In this document: piece by piece, positions 11,252 to 22,064 of the stretch | How positions within the stretch are numbered: the first letter of the stretch is position 1 | Layout: every line of letters starts with the position of its first letter | Assembly (NCBI RefSeq): GCF_021028975.2 | Contig: NC_059428.1 | Location: 138,508,001 to 138,572,000, forward strand | Direction of reading: 5' to 3' | Length of the DNA: 64,000 nucleotides | DNA from: Sphaerodactylus townsendi | Lineage: Eukaryota | Made by a program: the position numbers and the translations under genes | Notes under the pieces: model-generated | The model's database searches: none | The model's input: the letters and a program-made list of their open reading frames with translations, nothing else | Told to the model about the DNA's origin: nothing

Positions 11252-13464
11252 CTCTAGGTGGAACTTGGGGACCCCCAGTAGTACCGCTTCTCTCCAGATG
11301 ACACAGACCAGCTGCCCTGAAGCTGATTGGTTGCTTTGGGGAGCGGACATCACCTGGGGCATCCTTCCTTCCTGGCTGAGGTCCCCAGTCTTCTCCAGGC
11401 TCCACCCCCAAGTCTCCAGCAGTTTCCCAGCTTGAAGCTGGCAGCCCCTCCCCCAAGCAGCATTGATGCAGCACTGGGGGGGGGGGCCTTGTCTCCTGTT
11501 TATACCCGCCTAGAGCCCCCAAGTACTGTGACAGAGAAGCAGTGGGTGAGGGAGGGGCCGCAGGGGGCATTTTGGTTGCCAGACCCTGCCAGCCGGGGGT
11601 CTCTTGCCTGCACGGGGGGGGGGGGGGGGGGGGGCTGAGGCAAACCTGACTTGTCAGGGTGGTTAGTCCCAAGGCTCAGTTTTCTGGGGCCCCCGGGAGT
11701 CTGACTAGGGGTCATCTTTTGGCTGGCAGAGGCATCAGAGGGCACGCTCAGATCCACACCCTGCCATGAAGCCGGCTGGGTGAACCTCCTGTCTGTGCCA
11801 ACTGCCCCACCAGCTGCCCAACTGGGATGTTTCTAAGGGCGTCCCGTGTCTGGTCCTGCTATCTTATCAGAGAAACCGCAGGATCGTCCCAGAAACCACA
11901 GTTGGGCGCCAGACCAGACAGAGGGGCCGCCCCGTAGACCAGCCCAGAGTGAGGGTCCTGGACACAGAATCCAAGACTACCCAGGCAGCCTTGAGATCTA
12001 TAGCCGGTGATCCAGCTGGATCCCAGATGCCCAGTGCCAGCTGCAGGCGCTGAGAACTGCAACTCCTTACGCTGGAGAGGGAGGCTGCATCCTGACAGGT
12101 GCTAGGGACGGGACACACCCATTTCTTCCCCTGCCTGCCTGCCTGCCTGGTCATCTCCTGTCCCCTCCAATTCAACCCACACCCCTCTGGATACATCAAT
12201 CACCAGCAATTGGGCAGCAGCAAAGGGCAGAACCCGCCCCGCCCCCATCCTAGAAAGGGTGTAGAAAATCCATCTGTCAGTCACCCTGAGACTCTCTACT
12301 CCGTGCAATCAGGAGCCGTGCTTCGACAGCCCAGCCGGGCCCCAATCCACCCAACCTGTCCTTGGCATCTCAGCTTTCCTTTCTGACCTCCCTGCCTCAG
12401 GCTCTTTGCATCCCCAGACAGACAGGTGGACCTCCTGGGTGCCAGACCTCCTCTGTGGGTGCCCCTGCAATAACTGGTAGACTGCCTCTGAAGCTGGAGA
12501 CAAAGAACGATGATGGGTTGCCGTGTTGGTCAGCCTGTCTGCAGCAGACTGGAGGTGTCGGAAGGAGTGAGCTGTGACCCCCGACCCCCCCAAAGCTCAA
12601 GAATCCTGTGAGCCTTTCAGCGGCGGCTAAACTCTTGCCCTTTGCGGAACCTGCAGAACCATCCTGCTGAGACACACAGACACACCCCGCAGGCCTGGAT
12701 CTGCCCTTTGTCCAAATCCCCTCTGAAGGCCACCTAAGCAAGCAAGGTCACCCCACCTTGTGGCTAGGAGTTCCACCAGTGAGCTGTGGCATTTTGTGTG
12801 CAGAAGGACTGCCACTGAAGGCAACTAGGTGACCCTACTTCTAAGCTCACGGTGAGTCCTTCTGCCCTGCCCCCTCCGATGGCTGGAGGTTGATGCCTCC
12901 TCCAGCCCCAGTAGTGCTAGCAGACTCAACCAAATGGGGGCTTGGGGGCATGCAGGCTCCAGCGCTCACTGGGGGGATCCAAGGGCTCTCCCAAATGCAC
13001 GGGAAAGGTTTTTTGTTAGGGGGTGGGCGGTGTTGGGAGGCCACACTCTCCAGGGGCTGTCCCCAAAAGCCTCACCTGCTGGCTTCAACCTTATGCCTGG
13101 CCCCAAGAATTCTCCCTCCCTGTGCTAGACTGTGAGGGGAGGGAAGGCTGTGGGGAGGGGCAACCCCCTAGGCAAAAGTGGGGGCGCCTCCCCCAAGGCA
13201 GGTCCTCCAGGTGGGGGCACGGATTGGGTCCTCGGGAGGGGGGAGCTGGATAATTTGTGCCCTCCCCCCACCACCAAAAAGACAGGCAGGCAACTTATTC
13301 GACACAAGAAGACGGGCAGACGACTTATTTGAGGGTCACAGCTTTACTGGGAAGGAGGGAGGGAGGAAGCCAGAAAACGGGCGGGGTGGGGGTGGGGGGT
13401 AGGGATCCGTCGACCTCTCGTGCTGCTGCTGCTGCGGCGGCGGCGGCGGCGGCCGGGCGTTGGT

Positions 13465-14150
13465 CTAGCGGTACTTGCAGATGAGCAGCTTGGCCACCAA
13501 GGTGAGGAACTTGTCGAGGGAGAGGTGGGCCTCGGCACTGAGCAGGTTGCGGCCGTGGGCGGCGATGGTCACCAGGATGCACTGGCTCAGGTGCTGCGGG
13601 GGGGGGGAGAGGGGCCAGGGAGGGGGCGGCCGTCAGCCGGAGGAGGAGCGCTCAGACAGCGTTTCCCCCCCACCTCGGCCGGCCGCCCCGTCGGAGCGCG
13701 CATGGGGGGGGGGGGCAGGTGCGGGCTCGCGGACGGACTCACCTTGAAGTTGACGGGGTCGACGCGCAGCTTTTGGGCGTGCAGGTCGCTGAGCTTGGCG
13801 AGGGCGCCAGCCATGTCGTCTATGCGGGCCACGGCCTCCGACAGAGCGTTCATCACCCGCTTGCCGTGCGCCTTGATGTCCGCGGAGCCCGGGCTGGTGT
13901 CAAAGTGGGGGAAGTAGGTCTTGCTGCTGGGGTACACCGCGAACATCCTGCGCCAAGACGAAGGGAGGGCGAGAAGGAAGCACGGGAGGGTGGAAGGGGC
14001 AGCTGGCGCCCGCCCCCAGCCCCAGTCCCAGTCCCGACGGGGCGGACGGCCTTACCTGTTGATGGCCTCCCCACCAAACTCCTCAGCATGGGTGCTGACG
14101 TGGGCCCAGACGGCCTTCACGCGGGCCTTGTCTGTGTCGTTCAGACTCAT
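13465..14150 (-). CDS. HBA: Hemoglobin subunit alpha-A (142 codons incl. Met)
   Basis: Exons 14056-14150 (95 bp), 13743-13947 (205 bp), 13465-13593 (129 bp). Protein [18 protein letters not shown]...[11 protein letters not shown]...AHGKRV...[17 protein letters not shown]...CILVTIAAH...[30 protein letters not shown] and CILVTIAAH are typical of sauropsid alphaA. Confidence 0.95.
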
Positions 14151-14330
14151 CTTGCCGCTGCTGCTCTCCGGTGCCGCCGGCAGCCCCCACCGCCCTTATA
14201 TCGGCCTGAGGGGCGGGCCTAGCCCTCCTCCGCCCTGAGGGGGAGGGCCAGGGGGCAGGGCTTCTTTGGCGTGGCGGTGGCGCTGGCGGCAATGGACCCA
14301 CCGCCCGCCTCGCTGGGGGTGGGGAGGGGC
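14150..14330 (-). promoter_or_regulatory. alphaA-globin proximal promoter
   Basis: Minus-strand TATAAG box at about 14194-14199; GC boxes and CACCC at about 14316-14322. Confidence 0.65.
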
Positions 14331-14665
14331 GCCTCAAACTGGGAAGGGCTGGCCAGGCGGGTGGCCACCAGGCCTCTGAAAAAGTCAGACGGGGCGCCCG
14401 CAAAGCCGCCCAAAGGTCTCCCAAAGACTCGACCTCCCTAGCGCAGCCGCCCGCACCCCTGCGAGGTAGGCCAAGCTGACGGAGCGCCTGCCTCCCCCCT
14501 CCCCCCGCTGCGCCTTTATAGGACTGAGAGGCGATTTGAGTCCAGCAGCTGGGCTGGCAAGGAGGCTACGCATTCCTAGAGCCGCTCCGTCGGAAGTGAG
14601 CGAAGAGGGCAAGAGCCGCGTCCTCAGACCTTCTTCGCCCGCAGCCTGCAGGGGGGCAGCTGCTG

Positions 14666-14938
14666 AATGTCTTGTTGAAGGCTTTCATGGCTGGATTCAA
14701 CTTGTTGTTGTGGGCTTTCCGGGCGGTGTGGCCGTGGCCTGGCTGGTAGATCTTGCTCATAACGTCTCACCTGCATCTGTGGCTGGCCTCTTCGGAGGTG
14801 TCTCACAGGGGTAACACACTGCTCTCTGAGCTACACCTCCGAAGAGGCCAGCCACAGATGCAGGTGAGACGTTAGGACGTTAGGAGCAAGATCTACCAGC
14901 CAGTCCACGACCACACCGCCCGGAAAGCCCACAACAAC
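14666..14938. mobile_element. Fold-back Penelope-derived repeat upstream of alphaA
   Basis: Inverted arms about 14705-14801 / 14833-14938; same family as 9727-9852, 38187-38460, 45800-45977, 51764-51936 and 54895-55087. Confidence 0.75.
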
Positions 14939-15999
14939 AGAGCAGCTGTGGGTTTAGCAGGCTGGAGTTTGCAGTCATTCAGGCAGACCGGTCTGACCCT
15001 CCCTTCAGTACACACGCGTGGTGGTCTACCTCATGGGGTCCTTCGGAGGATCCCGAGCGCAGAACCTCTTTGTTTGGAAGCAGTAACAGCAGGGGGTCAC
15101 CTTCCACGGAGTCCCGTTCGCCCCCTCGCCCTTGGCTGACCCGAAGCCCCGCAGCACGGCACGGTGGGCGGGCCGACCTAGTGACCTGTTTTAGACAGGC
15201 TAGTCAAAAGGCGCCCTCGCCCCTGCCTGCCCCTATGGGTGTCCCCCCCCCCCGCCTGCTCTCGCCTTCCTTGGCCACGGCATGGACCCCTCCCGGCAGA
15301 CACACCCTCCACCCAACCACCCCAGTGCGCCTCTGAGCCACTGCACAGCGCCTTCTTTGGGCCTCTTATGAGGAGCCCTACAGTCATTGTCAACCCCTGA
15401 GCATGCACAGAGTTCATTAGCGCTGTGGAAGGTGGCTCCGAACCGGAAGCCTCTCCCTTCTAATATATTGGCGGGGGGGGGGGTATAGCTTTCTGACGTG
15501 TGGCCCCGGCGCTGTGTTGTGGGAGCACCCGCAGCCCTCTCAGTCCACCCCTCCAATGTGATCCTGGCCGCACCCTGCCTGCCACCAGGTGGTCCTTTGG
15601 CGGCGGGGGGGCGGGGCTGCCCGCCAGATCGACTCTCTTTGACCCTTTAGGGATGTCCTGGTCTATCCTCAGCGCGGGGGTGGGGCGCACACTGCTGCTC
15701 CAGCCTGGGATGGAGGGTCTCCTCCTTTCCTAGCATTTTAGAGGGGCACAGGGTCTAGGAGGAAGCCCCCTGTCTGCCTGCTGGCCACGACCCCCAGGTG
15801 AGGGCGCGGGAAGAGGCCTCGGAGTTGCCACTGATCTCCAGAGGACAGGCGAAAAGGGGCTACTTTGGCAGGTGGGCGAGGTCCCACCCCGCTGAGGACC
15901 CTCCCCACTCCATCTTCAAGAGTTCCCTAACTCTGCGGGGGGGGGGGGCTGCTGTGTCCCTTGCCAAGCCCTCCTTGCCGTCGAGGCGGACCTCCCCCG

Positions 16000-16650
16000 T
16001 CCCCCCTCCGGATTTCCTTGGCCCGGTGGGGACAGTTTCCCTCCCCCCCCTCTGGTTTTCCTTGGCCCGGTGGGGACAGTTTCCCTCTCCCCCCCCCGCC
16101 TCTGGTTTTCCTTGGCCCGGTGGGGACAGTTTCTCCTTCTCCCCCTCCCCCTCTGGATTTCCTTGGCCCGGTGGGGACAGTTTCCCTCTCCCCCCCCCCC
16201 CGCCTCTGGTTTTCCTTGGCCCGGTGGGGACAGTTTCTCCTTCTCCCCCTCCCCCTCTGGTTTTCCTTGGCCCGGTGGGGACAGTTTCCCTCTCCCCCCC
16301 CCCGCCTCTGGTTTTCCTTGGCCCGGTGGGGACAGTTTCTCCTTCTCCCCCTCCCCCTCTGGTTTTCCTTGGCCCGGTGGGGACAGTTTCTCCTTCTCCC
16401 CCTCCCCCTCTGGTTTTCCTTGGCCCGGTGGGGACAGTTTCCCTCTCCCCCCCCCCGCCTCTGGTTTTCCTTGGCCCGGTGGGGACAGTTTCCCCCCCCC
16501 CCCCCCCCCCGCCTCTGGTTTTCCTTGGCCCGGTGGGGACAGTTTCTCCTTCTCCCCCTCCCCCTCTGGATTTCCTTGGCCCGGTGGGGACAGTTTCCCT
16601 CTCCCCCCCCCTCTAGTTTTCCTTGGTCCGATGGGGACAGTTTCCCCCAC
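16000..16650. repeat. G/C-skewed minisatellite (VNTR), 13 units of about 50-52 bp, between alphaD and alphaA
   Basis: Core CTCTGGTTTTCCTTGGCCCGGTGGGGACAGTTT plus one of two C-rich spacers; 12 near-perfect units and 1 degenerate unit. Confidence 0.95.
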
Positions 16651-16853
16651 TCCCTGGGGCGCTGGCAATATCCCCCCCCCCCCCGCTTCGGGTGGTGTGT
16701 GTATGTGCGGCGGACACGGAGCAGAAGAGCGAGGCAGAGAGTCGTTCCAGGCGCTTTTATTTAGCTCAGTGAAGGCAAAAGGGGAGGGGGTCGCAGGAGC
16801 GGGGCCGGGCGGGGCGCCCCGACGGGCGGCGGCGGCGGCGGCGGCCTGGGGTC

Positions 16854-17532
16854 TCATCTGTACTTCTCGGCCAGCACTTCGATGACGCAGCAGAGGAACT
16901 TGTCCCAGGCGACGTACACCTGGGCGTTGAAGTCGCCGCGCAGGTGGGTGGCCAGGACGACCTGGATGCAGCGGGCCAGGAACTGCAAAGGAGAGAGCGA
17001 GAGAGCGACAGCGAGTGAGCGAGGGGCGCCTGGCGGAGGGGTGGGGGTGGGTTGGGGGGCGGCCCAGCAGGAGGGACCCCCGCCCGTCGGGCCGGCCGGC
17101 TGACCTGGAAGTTGACGGGGTCCACGCGGAGGTTGTAGGCGTGCAGGTTGCTGAGCTCGGCCATGCTCTCGTGGAGGTGGTCGGCGTTGTTGAGCGCGTC
17201 CTCCAGCGCCTTGATCACCTTCTTGCCGTGGCTGCGGATGTGCGCCGAGCCGGGGCTCAAGTCGAAGTGCGGGAAGTAGGTCTTGGAGGTGGGGTACACG
17301 GCGAAGAGCCTGCGGGAGGCAGCGCACGGGAGCAGGGTGAAGGGGAGGGAGAGAGGGAGGCAGGCAGGCAGGGAGAGGCACCAGGGCCGAGCCTCGACGG
17401 GGCGCCACCCCGCCCGCCCGCCCGCTCCGCCGGGCCTTACCTGGTGAGAGCCTCGCAGCCGATCTCCTCCTGGATGTTGGCTACCTTTTCCCAGCTCTGC
17501 TTGAGAATGCGGCGGTCCTCGGCGGTCAGCAT
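16854..17532 (-). CDS. HBAD: Hemoglobin subunit alpha-D (141 aa; orthologue of mammalian HBM)
   Basis: Exons 17441-17532 (92 bp), 17105-17309 (205 bp), 16854-16982 (129 bp). Protein [17 protein letters not shown]...[17 protein letters not shown]...[33 protein letters not shown] and VLAEKYR are alphaD-diagnostic. Confidence 0.96.
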
Positions 17533-17730
17533 GGCTGCAGCGGTGGCGCTCCCTCGACGGCGGGCTGGCTGGCTGGCGGACGAAGGGGGAGGGGGACTGG
17601 CAGCTGGGGAGCCCTGCGGGTGGCCGCTTTTATGGGCGCTGCTGCCGGCCTCCCCGCCCCTCTAATCTTATCGCCGCTGCGGCTCGGGGGCTGGCCACCC
17701 ACTGGGAGACCGGAGGGGAGGGGTGGCCTC
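17533..17730 (-). promoter_or_regulatory. alphaD-globin proximal promoter
   Basis: Minus-strand CATAAAA at about 17628-17634, GC box at about 17652-17660, GATAAG at about 17667-17672, CACCC elements at about 17696 and 17720. Confidence 0.65.
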
Positions 17731-17968
17731 CCCAAGCCAGATCACCAGGAAGGGGTCTCACTCAGGCAAGGTCGACAGAAGCTCAAACATGCCCCGTCTC
17801 TCCAGGGAAAGGTCCTCTGCTCTCAAGAAGGCTCAGACAAGTTCCAGAAAATAGTCCTCTCCGGGAAAGACGAAAGACCCACAGTGGGCTCAGTCAATCC
17901 CTTTGCCTTGTTGCTGGTTTTTTTAAATCCACGGGTTTCCCAAAACCACACAGGCTGTCCTAGAGATG

Positions 17969-18125
17969 NNNNNNNNNNNNNNNNNNNNNNNNNNNNNNNN
18001 NNNNNNNNNNNNNNNNNNNNNNNNNNNNNNNNNNNNNNNNNNNNNNNNNNNNNNNNNNNNNNNNNNNNNNNNNNNNNNNNNNNNNNNNNNNNNNNNNNNN
18101 NNNNNNNNNNNNNNNNNNNNNNNNN
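17969..18125. other. Assembly gap upstream of alphaD
   Basis: Run of N. Confidence 0.99.
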
Positions 18126-19717
18126 GTTTGGTTGTTCTGCAATACCAGTATTTGGAGTAGATAATCCACATCCTCTTTGGGATTGAACATGAATTCTAGG
18201 ACATTCATAGCCCCGTGTGGTGGTGGAAACTGCCCCAATTTACACCAACCCTGCAGGGGGTTCAAAGCAAGAGCCCTTCTGAGATGGTTTGTCATTCCTC
18301 CTTCTATGCAGAGACACTGGTCTTCCTGGGGGGGGGGGGTCTCCCCGCTGACCCTGCTTAGCTTCTGAGATCTGACAATATTGGGCTATCCTGGACCATC
18401 CAGGCAATATTGGGCTACCCTGGACCACTGGACCATCCAGTTGATGGTCTTCTGCAAAAAAAAATTAAGCTCTAAGATTAATCACCAATGACAATTTATG
18501 AATAAAAGTAAAATTTGGGGTACTGTGTTCATTTTGATGGCTACTTTTAATTTTAGTGATGTAAAACATCTTACACTTTAAAACTTCTTACATTGCCCCC
18601 ACCCCACCCCCATTTGTCATATAAATATAATGGCAAATAAACCAGGCTGGAGAATATTGCAAAGGGAGGAGGGGCACTGCTGAAAATGCCCTTTCTCTGC
18701 CTTGTTTTTGTGGAGGGCGGGGGAGAGGTACAGACAGCCAGGCTTGGGGAATAGGCTGTGAATTCTTGAGATTGGGGGGCCGCAGAATGGAAAGAGGCGC
18801 ACCTTCAAATGACTTGGTGCCAAATCATTGACAGCCTTGTAAGAACCAGCACTTTGGATTGGGCCCTGAGCAGAGAGGGGCTCCCACTGAGCTTTCAGCA
18901 CACAGCTGTGAAGATTATGCCCCCGTATCTAGCCCTTCACAGCAGCATTTGATGTCCAGTCTTCAAAGTGATCTAACTTGGATGCAATCACAGGTCACGT
19001 TTTTCAAGGAATGGCTGCAGCTGGCCTATCAGTCAAAGCCAATGAAACGACCCCTCCTCTAAGGGTGGGCCAAGATCCAGCAGGACTCCTCTGTTGCCCA
19101 CACGTGCCTTCAGGGAGAGCGCAAGACAGGGCAACTTCTGGCATTTCATCCAGGACTTCCACAGACACATCCCTGCTCCCCCTTTAGCTGTTCTGGAGAA
19201 CCAGCGCCCCATGTCAACTGCATATTGGTGACTCCACGTTCCACACCCCTGGACCATCCCTCCCAGAGGGCTCACAAGCAGCAGGGGACAAAATGCCACC
19301 CCCCACGAGGCCCCACATTATACCTTCTTATACTACACAAGTCCCCACAGCAATGCTCTGTATAGAGGCAGAAGTCCGAAGGGGGAACTGCCCTGCCAAT
19401 GTCAAGAGTTCAGACTAGGCAGAGTCATGGAGGAGAGGCCTGACAGCAGCTTCTAGCCAAGGTGCCTAAAGGAAACCTCCATGTTCAGAGGCAGTCAACC
19501 TCTGCATCCTTGTGCCAGGAGCCAACCTCAGGGGAGGGCCTCAGCCTCTGTGCTCTCTTGGCCCTCCGGAGGAACCAGCTGGCCACCATGTGAGACAAGA
19601 TGCTGAATTAGGTGGACTTTTACTGGTCTCGTCCAGTGGGGCTATTTCTAAGGTTCTTATCAAGACCTCTACCTTGGTGCCCTGTTGCCAGACGAACTGG
19701 TTGGCCAGTGGGTGAAA

Positions 19718-19962
19718 GCCAGTGTGGTGTAGCGGTGGACCAAGTGGAGTCTAATCTGAAGAACCAGATTTGTTCCCTTGCTCCCACACATAAAGCCGGG
19801 TGACCTTGGGCCAGTCACAGTTCTCTCAGAACTCTCTCAGCCCCACCTACCACGCAAGTTATCTGTTGTGGGGGGGAGGAAGGGAAAGGAGTTCTTAAGC
19901 CACTTAAAGACTGCTTAAAGGCAGAGAAAAGCAGGATATAAATCCAAACTCTACTCTTCTTC
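19718..19962 (+). mobile_element. Squam3-like SINE
   Basis: A/B-box head, GGGTGACCTTGGGCCAGTCACAG core, TAAATCCAAACTCT(TCT)n tail. Confidence 0.8.
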
Positions 19963-20259
19963 TACAGTGCCTGGGGCCACACGCACCATTGCTGGGTGGT
20001 AGCAGCATTCACTAGGCCCCCCAAAGCAGAATTATTCCTGTCAAAACCCATGGACTGCTAAAGATGTCACTCTGCCTTGGAGGGCACTGCCAGTGTCGAG
20101 GATGGCGCTGGGCCCTGCTGTCTTTTCAGAGGCTAGGAGCTTAGCCACAATTCGAGGTGCAGCATGCAACACAACCTCCTGGGAACTGTATGTGTGTTGA
20201 AGCAGGGCTAACGCAGGCTGCTCACCTCCCCCACCCCCACCCCCAGTCCCAAGTGGTCC

Positions 20260-20575
20260 CAAGTCTGATTTTGTCCTTGTAATACTGGGCAAGTAGAAAC
20301 ATTAGTACATACATTGTTCTACTGCTCAAAAGAGAACATAGGGGCAAAATATTGGGCCCCACTCCTTGAGCAATGTGATGGTTTAGCAGATGAACAGAAA
20401 TTAAAATTTCTCCTGGACAATTCAGATGCAGATTATTCTGAGTCAGTTGCAAAATTTCTATCTGAGATAATTGATGATTTTAAATAAGTTTATTGGTTGC
20501 TCATTTTATTGTATTTTGTGTTGTAACTGTATGATTAATGTATATGCTAATAAAGGCTATGTATGTATGTACGTA
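20260..20575 (+). mobile_element. LINE 3' fragment, same type as 22065-26545
   Basis: Degenerate CPCNTGQVETLVHTLFYC-like CCHC end, AATAAAGG and (TATG)n tail. Confidence 0.55.
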
Positions 20576-21499
20576 CGTACGTATTGAAGTGGTCCAATAT
20601 GGAGGTCAGCAGGGCTTGGACAATGGTGGCCAGTCAGACAAAGGGGGTGGCCACTACCCCTCCTCCAACATGAGGCCTGAGGAGCTTGTGGCAACTTATT
20701 TACAATACACACCCCCACCCCCCCCCACCCCGCCTCAAGAAACCACCCTGGTGTGGAAGAGAGCTGGCCAAAGAGACCTTTGAATGTGTCCTCCAAGCCA
20801 CTGAAAAAGTATTTTAACTTGAAATATAATGTATTAAAATGAGACTAATTAATTACCCACATGTTATTATTTTCCACTATAAATTGTAAAATGACAACAT
20901 ATTAATTTTGGAAAGAGAAGTTCTCTGAATATCAAATCATGGATACCAAACTTCCAAATGGGGAAGTAAGATTTTTTAATTATGTTATAATGTCATTGTA
21001 TAGTGTTAGGTGATGGTTTCGGTTTTTTTTCTTTTGTTATTGATGTTTTGTACGACGGAGCATGTAAGCGGATGGACTTAGTGTCGATGAAGTGACATTT
21101 ATATGTATATAACTATTAATTCTAATAAATTTTATTATAAAAAAAGAGAAAAAAGGAAACATCACCTTTGCTAGCAAGCTACCTGATGTCATTCCTATGA
21201 ATGCAGCTGCAAATAAAGGGCAGAGGAGCCTGGGGAGGCCAGATGGCTGGTGGCAGCCAGCCCCACTCCCAACAGATGCCACTTCAACACCCTCCTCCCC
21301 TGCAGCTATCTGCCACGAGAGGCAACCACCCAGCTGGGCTTTATCACCCTGTTGCAGGGATAGGCAAGGAGGGCGCCCAGGAAGAAGCAGCTTTCCCCTC
21401 TTAGCACTTCTTTGGAGAGCTGTTTCTGGCAACATGATGCCTTTCACCAAGCAGGATTTGGTTATGAAAGCAAATACAGATATACGTTCTAGTACATGT

Positions 21500-22060
21500 A
21501 TTGACTGAAAGCAGTTTTATGCTGCCTTTTCACTCACCCCCAGGCAGCAAATACTCAAAAAGGTGAAAACCAGCTTTTAAAAAGCCCCATTAAACAATGA
21601 AAACAAAATTTAAATAAAACACATGAAGGGGGGGGGGGCGGTAGGTCAGTGAGAGAATGACAAACAAAGCAAAAAAAGCCTCCACTTGCTTACAGAAGAC
21701 GGTAATTAACAGAAAGGGATTGAGATGCCTCCTTGGGGGGAAATTCCATAATTTTGATGCCAGAGCCAAGCTGGCCCTCGGTTACCCATCCAGCCTCATG
21801 AGAGGGACACCCCAAGCAGGACTTCTGAAAATGATGGGGGTGGGAGGAAACAGGTTCATGAGGGGGAATGCTTGTCCCAAGCCGTGTAGGGCTTTAATGG
21901 TCAATGCCATCCTGTGGAACTGGGCCTGGAGGCAAACTGGGAGCCAGTGAGGGTGGAACAAGACCTGGGACGATATGAGCTCTCTGACCCACTCCAGTCA
22001 ATGCAGTCAATGTGGACACTCTTCAAACGCAGTCCCACATACAGCACATTGCAGTACTCT
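21500..22060 (-). mobile_element. Decayed L2 fragment
   Basis: Similarity to the L2 C-terminal region (GGAAATTCCA, AAACTGGGAGCCAGTG, GCAGTACTCTAA). Confidence 0.5.
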
Positions 22061-22064
22061 AACA

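Noticed and set aside
13465-14150. Calling this gene zeta/pi because it starts MSL
   Set aside because: The rest of the sequence and the 3' position match alphaA.
16000-16650. CRISPR-like repeat-spacer appearance
   Set aside because: Eukaryotic locus; spacers are two recurring low-complexity variants rather than unique sequences; no cas genes.
15798-16885. Long ORFs of 267-313 aa with repeated peptides
   Set aside because: Artefacts of a stop-poor minisatellite of about 51 bp, open in several frames on both strands.
18990-19340. GATA/CCAAT/CACCC/TATA-like motifs as a relic alphaE promoter
   Set aside because: Spacing and orientation do not fit, and no globin exon remnant follows.
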